A DNA stretch of 63,472 nt, counting the filler, from Octopus bimaculoides (Eukaryota), in assembly GCF_001194135.2 (NCBI RefSeq). It is 8 parts of 8 records of this genome, joined end to end, with 100 filler letters (N's around TTAATTAATTAA, not from the genome) between each part and the next. Parts side by side here need not be neighbours in the genome. Positions count along the whole stretch, not along the records: positions 39,972 to 51,339 come from NC_068994.1; positions 51,440 to 58,805 come from NC_069004.1; positions 58,906 to 61,214 come from NC_068981.1; positions 61,315 to 63,472 come from NC_068996.1; 4 more parts are not named here. One strand, 5' to 3'. A program made the translations under genes and the position numbers. Under the pieces are notes generated by a model. That model was not told where the DNA came from. It worked only from the letters and a program-made list of their open reading frames with translations, and did no database searches. Positions 50,748 to 61,800 of the stretch are shown in pieces. How positions within the stretch are numbered: the first letter of the stretch is position 1; each line of letters opens with the position of its first letter.

Positions 50748-51439
50748 AGGTTATGGTTCCCATGGAGGGAAACAGAAGCCCTGCTTCAGGTTCCTATAGC
50801 AAAATAGATTTAGTAAAGGTTCAGTTATTTAATACACAGTGAATACCTGGTCTGTCTTCCTCTTTTCACTCACTCCCTCTCTCACTCTTTCTAAATCTCT
50901 CTTTCTATATTTATCTTACATTTTCTCTCACTCATTTTCTCTTCATCAATATGGATATATCTATAAAAAAATTACAGTATAGTTTCCTAAAAATGTCATG
51001 TAAACATTTTTTTTTTAATGAGCAAGTCAAAAATGATCTTTTAAAGTCAGCTTTTGAAAAATATAGAAAAAAAGTTGCTTTAAGAAAAGTATAATTTTCT
51101 TTCCAGCAAAAGCTGGCATTTCCTTCACTTTGTACAACATAGATACTTCTGACATTTCCTTTCTTTCATACATATATATATATATATGTAGTTTTTTTTT
51201 CTTTTTGCCTTATGAATCATGCAACTTTTAAATAAGATATTTTAATGTTATTTAACTTCATTTCTCTTTTATTTATATTATCTAATGCTTACTCTTTCTT
51301 AATTTGCTAAATACATACATGTGCGCGCATTAGTTTCAANNNNNNNNNNNNNNNNNNNNNNNNNNNNNNNNNNNNNNNNNNNNTTAATTAATTAANNNNN
51401 NNNNNNNNNNNNNNNNNNNNNNNNNNNNNNNNNNNNNNN

Positions 51440-51471
<32 letters not shown>

Positions 51472-51834
51472 TGTGTGTACATATAAAACTCTGACGAAGG
51501 TGAGCAAACCAAAACTTCGAAGTCACTATCGATCTTCTACGTGTAAAAGTTGATAACCACACCCGTGCATTTACGTACACATACTCTTGTATATGTATGT
51601 ACGTATATATGTAACTGTGTGTGTGTATGTCATATATGTAATATATATGCGAATGTATGTATGCGCGCGCGACGTGCATGCGTGCGCGACGTGCATGCGT
51701 GCGCGCGTGTGTGTATGTGTGTGTGTGTATAAATTTTGCGCGGTAGTAGTGCTTAGGCCTGGGAAGGTTTCGGTGGCGGTGTTGGTGGTAATGGTATCTC
51801 ATTAGCAATGATGATGTTGATGATGATGACGATG

Positions 51835-51865
<31 letters not shown>

Positions 51866-52781
51866 CGATGATGATGACGATGATGACAATGATGATGATG
51901 ATGACGATGATGATGATGATGATGATGATGATGGTGATGATGATGGAGTCTGCAGGATAATAACGGAGTGTGTTTGTNNNNNNNNNNNNNNNNNNNNNNN
52001 NNNNNNNNNNNNNNNNNNNNNNNNNNNNNNNNNNNNNNNNNNNNNNNNNNNNNNNNNNNNNNNNNNNNNNNNNNNNNNNNNNNNNNNNNNNNNNNNNNNN
52101 NNNNNNNNNNNNNNNNNNNNNNNNNNNNNNNNNNNNNNNNNNNNNNNNNNNNNNNNNNNNNNNNNNNNNNNNNNNNNNNNNNNNNNNNNNNNNNNNNNNN
52201 NNNNNNNNNNNNNNNNNNNNNNNNNNNNNNNNNNNNNNNNNNNNNNNNNNNNNNNNNNNNNNNNNNNNGTGGTGGAAGAGTGAGGGCGGGCGAACGGAGA
52301 GCAAGGAGAGGCGAGAGAAGGAGAGTGAGAGAGAGAGAGAGAGAGAGTGAGTGAGGAGGGTGTGTGTGTGTGTGTGTGAGAAGTGGTGGATGGGTGGGTG
52401 TGTGTGTGTGCTTTGGGATGTTGTAAACAACTTAGACTGACGTGTACTTTTGTATGTGTGTGTATGTGTATGTGTGTAGGTGTTTGTGTGTGTGTTTGTG
52501 TGTGCGCTCGTGTTTCTGTAACATTGTCTACCTCTGTATGATGTTTGTGTATGTATACCTGTATGTATGTATGTATGTATGTATGTATGTATGTATGTAT
52601 GTATGTATGTATGTACGCATTTTTGTACGCATATATGTATATATGTAAATATACATATATATGTGTGTATGATTTTGTGTGTGTAAGTATATTATATGTA
52701 TATGCATGTATACGTACCTCTGTATATACCTATGAGCATATGTATGTATGAATGGCTATGTATATATGTATGTGTGAATGC

Positions 52782-52822
<41 letters not shown>

Positions 52823-53309
52823 TATGTATGTATGTATGTATGTATGTATATGGGAAAGCTTTTCGTTGTGTATGGAATTCTGTCAATTTGTGAGAAGGTT
52901 TGTGATGTGTATATCTAAGCGTTTGTATTAGCATTTATATAATCCTCTATGTGTGTATATCTATATACACAGGTATGTATACGTGTAAACATGTATGTAT
53001 ATGGGTATGTGTTTATGACTGCATGCAAGTGTATTTTCTTACAATCTTACATTCATTCACTTATGTATATATAAGCAGCACACATACACACAGAATTATA
53101 TACACACACACAGAATTATACACACACACACACATATATATATATACACACATATATATGTATGTACATGTAAGTATAAATGCATATATATATATATATG
53201 TGTGTGTATGTATATATATATATATATATATATATCTACATGTACAGGCAAATGTATCTATATACATATGTATATATAAATGTATGTATATCTATGAATT
53301 TATACACAT

Positions 53310-53358
<49 letters not shown>

Positions 53359-54522
53359 CATACACACATACATATGCACATACACAGACACACACATATG
53401 TATCAGTATAAATATATTCCCACATACGCATGTACGTGCTTGCGAAAGATGAGAACGTAACTACAGCCATTCATTTAAACAATCATATACGTACACTTGC
53501 ATAAATACATTCCTACATACACACACAAGCACACACACATACATACGTTTTTTTGATGTCCTGTACCCATATATGCATGTATATATACATATATGTAGAT
53601 ATATACATATATGTATGTATATATACATATATGTAGATATATACATATATGTATGTATATATGCATATATATATATATATATATATATATANNNNNNNNN
53701 NNNNNNNNNNNNNNNNNNNNNNNNNNNNNNNNNNNNNNNNNNNNNNNNNNNNNNNNNNNNNNNNNNNNNNNNNNNNNNNNNNNNNNNNNNNNNNNNNNNN
53801 NNNNNNNNNNNNNNNNNNNNNNNNNNNNNNNNNNNNNNNNNNNNNNNNNNNNNNNNNNNNNNNNNNNNNNNNNNNNNNNNNNNNNNNNNNNNNNNNNNNN
53901 NNNNNNNNNNNNNNNNNNNNNNNNNNNNNNNNNNNNNNNNNNNNNNNNNNNNNNNNNNNNNNNNNNNNNNNNNNNNNNNNNNNNNNNNNNNNNNNNNNNN
54001 NNNNNNNNNNNNNNNNNNNNNNNNNNNNNNNNNNNNNNNNNNNNNNNNNNNNNNNNNNNNNNNNNNNNNNNNNNNNNNNNNNNNNNNNNNNNNNNNNNNN
54101 NNNNNNNNNNNNNNNNNNNNNNNNNNNNNNNNNNNNNNNNNNNNNNNNNNNNNNNNNNNNNNNNNNNNNNNNNNNNNNNNNNNNNNNNNNNNNNNNNNNN
54201 NNNNNNNNNNNNNNNNNNNNNNNNNNNNNNNNNNNNNNNNNNNNNNNNNNNNNNNNNNNNNNNNNNNNNNNNNNNNNNNNNNNNTATATATATATATATA
54301 TATATCTATCGGCATATATAGCTGAATAGGTAAGAATTTCGCTTCCAAATCATTGGGACTCGAGCCCGGTCAATGTTCATGCAGGGAGTTACTGCCTTTG
54401 TTTTACCACCCCACTGCGTGTGTGCCTGCGCGTGCGTGTGTGCCTGCGCGTGCGTGTGTGCGTGCATGTATTTGCATGTGTATTAATCGAAGTGTACAGT
54501 ATTTATATATCTATTATTTCCG

Positions 54523-54605
54523 ATCTTACCAGTCAGTTTCGCACTAGAAGTTCAACGGAGCGTTAGATCTCAGTCCGATTATGTAATCCTGCGCTCATCA
54601 GAGGT
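54523..54605 (-). ncRNA. Hammerhead ribozyme candidate with 54-nt stem II extension
   Basis: ACCU-CUGAUGA-GCGC...GUGC-GAAA-CUGACUGG-UA-AGAU; core and GUA triplet intact, stem I has one C-A mismatch. Confidence 0.6.
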
Positions 54606-56213
54606 AACCGATAAGGAATAAAGTGCGGCTAGTACTCTCTATTGGTGAAGGTGAAAAAGATTATAAAACGAATTGATTAGGGGATTGAATTAACAGTTAT
54701 GTCTCTTGGTACCAAAACATCGTCTCTGGGGGTGGTTTTGTCGCAAGTCGGCAAAAATGTTCAGGAAAAGAGTTTGTGGGAAATGTGTGTGCCTTTAGTG
54801 TTGATGTGTCCTTATTGAAATGGAATATGTTTAGTGTTACTATATGTATAGCTTNNNNNNNNNNNNNNNNNNNNNNNNNNNNNNNNNNNNNNNNNNNNNN
54901 NNNNNNNNNNNNNNNNNNNNNNNNNNNNNNNNNNNNNNNNNNNNNNNNNNNNNNNNNNNNNNNNNNNNNNNNNNNNNNNNNNNNNNNNNNNNNNNNNNNN
55001 NNNNNNNNNNNNNNNNNNNNNNNNNNNNNNNNNNNNNNNNNNNNNNNNNNNNNNNNNNNNNNNNNNNNNNNNNNNNNNNNNNNNNNNNNNNNNNNNNNNN
55101 NNNNNNNNNNNNNNNNNNNNNNNNNNNNNNNNNNNNNNNNNNNNNNNNNNNNNNNNNNNNNNNNNNNNNNNNNNNNNNNNNNNNNNNNNNNNNNNNNNNN
55201 NNNNNNNNNNNNNNNNNNNNNNNNNNNNNNNNNNNNNNNNNNNNNNNNNNNNNNNNNNNNNNNNNNNNNNNNNNNNNNNNNNNNNNNNNNNNNNNNNNNN
55301 NNNNNNNNNNNNNNNNNNNNNNNNNNNNNNNNNNNNNNNNNNNNNNNNNNNNNNNNNNNNNNNNNNNNNNNNNNNNNNNNNNNNNNNNNNNNNNNNNNNN
55401 NNNNNNNNNNNNNNNNNNNNNNNNNNNNNNNNNNNNNNNNNNNNNNNNNNNNNNNNNNNNNNNNNNNNNNNNNNNNNNNNNNNNNNNNNNNNNNNNNNNN
55501 NNNNNNNNATGTATGTATGTACATTTATGTAGATGTACGTATACATATATATGTACGTATACATACATAGATACATTCATATATACCCATGTTGTTGAAC
55601 GTGCATACAGCCACATATGTATATATTTATACACACACACATACACATACATGTGTGTACATATAATTCACTCTTTATAAGGCGATGAGCTAGCAGAATC
55701 GTTACCACACCGGGCAAAATTCTTACCAGCTTTACTTTCCGAGTTCAAATTCTGCCGAGGTTGACGTTGCCCTTCACCTTCTCTGGATTGATAAGATACA
55801 TACCAGCTGAACACAGGAGTCGATGTAATCGACTTATCCCCTCCTTTCAAATTGCTGGCCTTGAGCCAAAATTTGAAACCAATATTTAATTTTATTTCTA
55901 GATTTCTTGCCATTGGAGAAAAAGCCGGTTTCTGACCTTGATCCAATTTTCTTCCAATGAATTTTGAATCAATATCAACAAAAAATTGTGCATGTTTATG
56001 TGCATGTGTGCAATATTTGGAGTCCGTGAATGTGCACATTTATATATTTTTGTTTTATTTATGAATTCCATACATATCGTTGCATGTTTAGACACGTGCA
56101 TGTATGTATACCTATATGTATTTATGTGATCCAGATGTACAAAAGACAAAAGAGACAGGCAAGGGAACAAGAAACAAGGTGTATTTATTTAACGCTCAGG
56201 AAAAATGGAGAAG

Positions 56214-56250
56214 TCTTTGGCGTTTCGAGCCCAAGCTCTTCGACAGAAAA
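56214..56250 (-). ncRNA. Hammerhead-like relic with mutated core
   Basis: UUUU-CUGUCGA-A-GAGC UUGG GCUC-GAAA-CGCC-AAAG; A6 and U16.1 substituted, probably inactive. Confidence 0.4.
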
Positions 56251-58452
56251 TAATGGGGAACGAAAAGGGAGAGAAAAGATAAAACGGAGAGAGGAATCGA
56301 AGATGCAACATCTGGAAGTAACCAGAAGTCGCAAGACCAATGTTCAATGTTCTGCACAGCCAAATAATTTCAATCATTACAAGCAATCTTAGAAAGTGGA
56401 CTGCTAGGAAAGCTAGATACACAGGCATGTCAACCCATTCCTCAAGCAAAACCCAGCGTATCCATTCCAATGTCAAGCGCTGTATTTGTAAATGCTTAAT
56501 TAGCCAACGACTTCGAAACTCGCTTGATCATTAAAAATAAATTATCACACTTTCACTATTGATCAGTCTATAAGCTGCAATGGTATGCGACCGGTTGCCT
56601 TCGGATTATATATATACACAAAGAAGGTTGTTTGTTATGTCAGGTCAGAGAGTGGTCATTGGTTTCGCACATATAAAGAGCTTAGCTGTATACGCGACTT
56701 GTCAGGCTCAGATAGCCGAAGGCACATAACCTCTTTACAACTGCTCATGGTATGTATGTACGTATGTAAATATGTGTATATGTACGAGTGTTTGTGTATG
56801 TATTTGCGCGCATTTGTGTGTGTATCTATTTCTATCAAGAGCTACATTGTTTAATGTTCTCCTTTACTTAAACAGCAGTATGCATTTTGAAGGACATTTT
56901 TACATTTAGCAGCTGTTTCTAGCAGGCCATGTTACTACATAGAAACTTCTCCCTTGGCATAATGGCAATGGTTGTGTTGTTCGGTCTTGGAGATGGCCCA
57001 CATCATGTGTTGTAGATTACTTCCAAATGAACTCAGATGGACCAGATCTGTGATCCGAGATTATCCAGCCACGACCATCTCGCCTTATTTAGATACTGTG
57101 TCCAGGAGAACATTGCCCATGGAATTTATCTCGACTCGCCAGTACCAATAGCATAGTAGTAGTAGTAGTAGTAGTGTTATTAACAAAGCTATAATTATGA
57201 TGCATGTAGTGATGTGTTGTTGCTGTAGTGGTATAGGTTGTAGTAAGTGCTGTTGCTGTTGTTGTTCAGCCCTAGGTCGTGCTAGATTGAGCAGAGCTAA
57301 GATCAAAAGCCTCTCATATATAACCATCCTGTCTGTTTTCACTCATTCTTTTCAAAATATTACATTATTAATCGATGTCGCCTTATAGTTTTAAGACAAT
57401 AGAAGCTGGTATTTCTAGCAGATGGAGCGAATATGTAGAAGCTCCGTTGGGTTGCAGATTTTGTTGCTATATCTAGTAAATTGAACGACCATGTAGGAGC
57501 ACTATTGCATTAGAATTGATATGTCAAGGAAGTTTAAGAAGTGAGCAGCAGTAGCAACAGCAACAACAGGTAACTCAACAGTAACAACAACAACAGTAAC
57601 GACAACATCAAAAACAACTACAGCAGCAGCAGCGGCAATATGGACGACAAAATATTGCTAACACAGACAAACAGACAGCCTGCATCACTCTACCAATGGC
57701 AGCTGACTTGCATATTTATTTAGCTTTGTGCAACATGCTGTGGAATTTGGTGCACTGTGATGCACTTTATGCATGCTATTTGGTGCATGCTGACTCGTTT
57801 GTTGTGTTTCAGTGCATAGTTTCTTGGTGCACGCGTATTATATGTTGTTATTCCGATTCGTATTGGTGGTACATGTTATGTATCATGCAGTTTACCGCTG
57901 CAGTTGGTGCACTTTATCTGCTCTTTAGTACATCAAGTCGTGTATTTTGTATATGCATGTTGTGGAACTTTAGAGTGAGTTGCTGGTTGTTTATTGCTTG
58001 TTGTTTGTTGTTGTTGTTGTTGCTTTTGTTGTTGATCCTATTTAGCCCTAGGTCTGCTTTGATTAAGCATCCCTATGATCAAAGACATTCCATCTGCCAG
58101 TTGCTGTGTGCAGTGATCTCTGGATCACCTTAACAAGGTGTTGTTTGTGTGTTGGTGTTGTTGTTTTAACCACAGATAGGCCCTGACTGAACAAGACCGT
58201 TGTTTATCCCCGTTCCAATCATGACCACTCTGCCTTCTTCAAATTGTATATTCGAAACAAATTTCCGTTTTAAAACCATAAAACGAGATTTGGCTGTTAT
58301 TTCTAGCATGTCGAGCGACCAGTTAGATCACTGTTTCTCAACCATACTTTACCCATGGAACCCTTTGATTCCTAGGTCACTTAGATGGATCTTCCTGACC
58401 ATTCCATGTTTTAAAAAAATCCTATTATATTTTTATGAGTAAATATTAGAAA

Positions 58453-58543
58453 CTAGCAGAAATACCCGGCGTTGCCCGGGTTAAAGAGAATAATGAAATC
58501 TAAAAACGCCGTCTAGACTACGCATCATCTTTATATATAGAGA
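58453..58543 (-). mobile_element. 91-bp miniature Helitron-like element
   Basis: Minus strand A|TC start at 58543, CCCGGGCAACGCCGGG hairpin, then CTAG|T end at 58453: canonical Helitron termini and AT target. Confidence 0.75.
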
Positions 58544-59420
58544 TGTATATACACACACGCACCCAAACACACGTATATATATGTATATCAATATAAATAT
58601 ATGAAGGTCAATGAAGTTTCGTAAAAGAAGGTGATCATGTACATACTTTCTTGCTGTTGTGATTATAACACCTCATTGTAAACTATGTTCCTTGTTTTCC
58701 CTTGTGGAGCATATACAAATAGGTTTTTTGTTGCTGCCCACTCTTGAGCAGCCAACATACAGTTGTCCATGTGAGAAGCAGGGCTCTTCCAAGAGAAGAC
58801 CAGGTNNNNNNNNNNNNNNNNNNNNNNNNNNNNNNNNNNNNNNNNNNNNTTAATTAATTAANNNNNNNNNNNNNNNNNNNNNNNNNNNNNNNNNNNNNNN
58901 NNNNNAGTCGCTGTCAAAAGTAAAGAATAAAAGAATAAAAGAATACATATAGACAGGCGAAGGTTTGTGGGCAAGTGACTCCGGTGTTAGGCTTATAATT
59001 GCAATGTTTTGGGGGCGATTCTAGGACCGGAGAGTGCTTTGTGCCTTATTGAAAGACACTTCATTTACAGTTACTCCACTTACAACTTTCTCTCCACTTG
59101 TTGCAGCCTCGACGTTCCGCTGGATCAAGTATCTGAAGGTCAAGAGTATGTCTATACCTGATTATCACTACAAAGGCACCTAAAACAACGAGAGCGTTGT
59201 AGAAGCTACCCAGTCAGGCTTGCGTCTGAAGGTTAAAATATTATCATATCTCTTATGAACAAGCTTCGTCGATAAGGTAATCCATTTTCCGAGCAATAGA
59301 GAAAATCGAATGAAGAAAATCAAGTAAAGAATGTTTTGCAAGTGACAGAAAACGTTATATTTATACAGTTAAATTTTATTTATTTCATATACTTCTTTTA
59401 TATGTGTATTAAAAAAAAAA

Positions 59421-59454
59421 GACAATGTTTCGCATCTTTTGCGTCATCAGTGTA
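59421..59454 (-). ncRNA. Degenerate minimal hammerhead motif
   Basis: ACA-CUGAUGA-C-GCA AAAGA UGC-GAAA-CAUUGUC; stem III/cleavage region appears 1 nt short of canonical. Confidence 0.45.
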
Positions 59455-59725
59455 AAGTAACGTATATAAAGTCATAGATATTTTTAGAGGTAGAAAGAGA
59501 GAACGATAGAAATAATATTAGATTTACGTGATACATACTTCTTAACCCGATAAGCCAAAAGAGTTCATTGAGTTTTATATTCAGTTATTATAGAAATTCT
59601 TTCGCATGTAGCCTTTTCTATTGACATCAGCCGTTGTCTAGTGTTTGTGCAAATGAAAGGAGACTTAGATACACACGCAGTGGGTTTTCGTGTTTTATCC
59701 TAGTGACTTCTTTCAATATCTTATA
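59421..59725 (-). mobile_element. Penelope-like 3' fragment
   Basis: Minus strand KRLHAKEFL**LNIKLN resembles a degraded GIY-YIG tail; followed by a hammerhead-like motif at 59454-59421. Confidence 0.45.
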
Positions 59726-60089
59726 GCGTAACAGTTTCTAGTCATATATCTGCCCTAATCAAGTAAAACTCATGATCAAAACCATTACATATGCGACTGT
59801 CTTTTTATTTCAAATATTACAAGCATAATGTACCTAGGAAAACATTATGCAATGTGCTCCTCTCTTTAAAACTGTAAGAGTGACTTTTAGCTACAAAGAA
59901 TTAAACAAAATGAAATGCCATAAAATTGATTGTGCCGATCTAACCAATCAAGTCCAGCCCTTAAATTTTAGGCCTTATGATTATATTAGAAATCATTTTA
60001 GTCTTATGAGGGGAGCTGATCGCGTCAGCGTATGATAAAAGCCGTTCAACAGTGACTATTCTCTTTATTTTCGCTTACTTATTTGGCAG

Positions 60090-60153
60090 TCCGTACTGAT
60101 GACAAACAGATATTTTCGGTAAGGAAATATTAATTTCGAAACTGGTTTGCGGA
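60090..60153 (+). ncRNA. Hammerhead ribozyme candidate
   Basis: UCCGUA-CUGAUGA(60096-60102)-C AAA...AUAUUUUC GGUAA GGAAAUAU...UUU C-GAAA(60138-60141)-CUGG-UU-UGCGGA: 6-bp stem I, long stem II with C-C mismatch at its base. Confidence 0.65.
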
Positions 60154-60302
60154 TAACATTGTATGTATTTATGTAATTTTCACTTGTCTTGCCCGTATAC
60201 GTTTTGTTGCTTCGCTAATTTTCCTTTGAGAACAATTCGGTCTTAGTAGACGCATTACATGTGATCTTCTCCTAGCACATTAACAGTCCACCTAGTGGTC
60301 TC

Positions 60303-60339
<37 letters not shown>

Positions 60340-60361
60340 CTTTTATTTCATTTATTTTTTA

Positions 60362-60735
60362 CCTATTTCAGTCACTGGAGTGCGGCCATGCTGTGGCATC
60401 GCCTTGAAGCGTTTTCGTCGAATGAATCGACCCCAATACTGTTTCTTTAAACCTAGTACTTATTCTGTCGGTCTTTGGCCAAGCCGCTAAGTTACGGGTG
60501 CATAAACAACAAACAAGTACCTGTTGACTAGCAATAACAGAGGATAAGCACAAACACAAACATGCACAGATATCTAAACACGCGCACGCACATAGACGCG
60601 CGCGTTGCACACGCACGCATACACAAACATACACACACACACACACATCTATATGGTAGGCTTCTTTCACTTTCCGCTTCCCAACCCACGCACAGCCTAG
60701 TGCTAATGTAGAAGACACTTGATCAAAGTGGAAGG
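60362..60735 (-). mobile_element. Composite SINE (partial head G + microsatellite + tail C)
   Basis: Tail TTTCAGTCACTGGAGTGCGGCCATGCTG...CCGCTAAGTTACGG and partial head CACAGCCTAGTGCTAATGTAGAAGACACTTG. Confidence 0.7.
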
Positions 60736-60789
60736 TATGACATGATATTAAGGACAAAAAAGGCTATTTCTAACAGGCTGAGTAACCAT

Positions 60790-61211
60790 ATTCTTTTCTA
60801 CTCTGGCCCCCACCCCGAAATTTGAGTGGGGAGCCAGTCGATTAGATAGACCTCAGTACGCAACTGGTACTTAATTTATCGACTCCGAAAGGCAAAGTCG
60901 ACCTCGGCGGAATTTGAACTCAGAACATAAAGACAGACGAAATACCGCTAAGCATTTCGTCCGGCGTGCTAATGTTTCTTATTTCTTTATTGCCAACAAG
61001 GGGTTAAACATAGAGGAGACAAGCAAGGACAGACAAAGGGGTTAAGTCAATTACATCAACCCTAGTGCGAAAGTGGTAATTAATTTATCGACCCCGAAAG
61101 GATGAAAAAGCAAAGTCGACCTCGGCTGAATTTGAACTCAGAACATAAAGACAGACGAAATACCACTAAGCATTTCGCCCGACGTGCTAACGTTTCTGCC
61201 AGCTCGCCGCC
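60790..61211 (-). mobile_element. Head-to-tail tandem pair of SINE family B
   Basis: Two consecutive copies of ...GCAAAGTCGACCTCGGC.GAATTTGAACTCAGAACATAAAGACAGACGAAATACC.CTAAGCATTTCG; junction near 60975. Confidence 0.88.
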
Positions 61212-61767
61212 TTANNNNNNNNNNNNNNNNNNNNNNNNNNNNNNNNNNNNNNNNNNNNTTAATTAATTAANNNNNNNNNNNNNNNNNNNNNNNNNNNNNN
61301 NNNNNNNNNNNNNNTATATATATATATACGATGGGCTTCTTTCAGCTTCCCTCTACCAAATACACTTCAAAATCCTATGGTCGGCCCAAGGTAACTGTAG
61401 AACACATTTGGTCAAGCTACCACAGAAGGGAACTGAACCCGGAACAATGCGGATGGGAAGCAAGTATCTACCACACAGCCACGCCTGTACCTACACACAC
61501 ACATACACACACAGAAATGGTGTCGAATTTTACACTTATATATATATATAAGTAATGAAGGAAACGGACGATGGGTCAAATCCATCTTCCATTTCCTCCG
61601 TCAATTATAAACTCAATAAACACTGCGGATTTCCTGACGTAGTTCCAGTGAAAATTATATCGTAACTGTGGATGACATGAGGTAGCCCAAACGTTTAATG
61701 TGCTTTAATCGACCGACATACCAATAGACATACGCCCTAAAGTCCAAACAGTTACATATACATACAC

Positions 61768-61800
<33 letters not shown>

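Noticed and set aside
11305-55680. Most long ORFs in the track ([12 protein letters not shown], poly-D/M/X)
   Set aside because: They are translations of microsatellites and N-gaps.
56895-56925. CAGCTGTTTC similar to the 7342 hammerhead stem III
   Set aside because: Belongs to the GCT.TTTCTAGCA repeat block; no CUGANGA partner.
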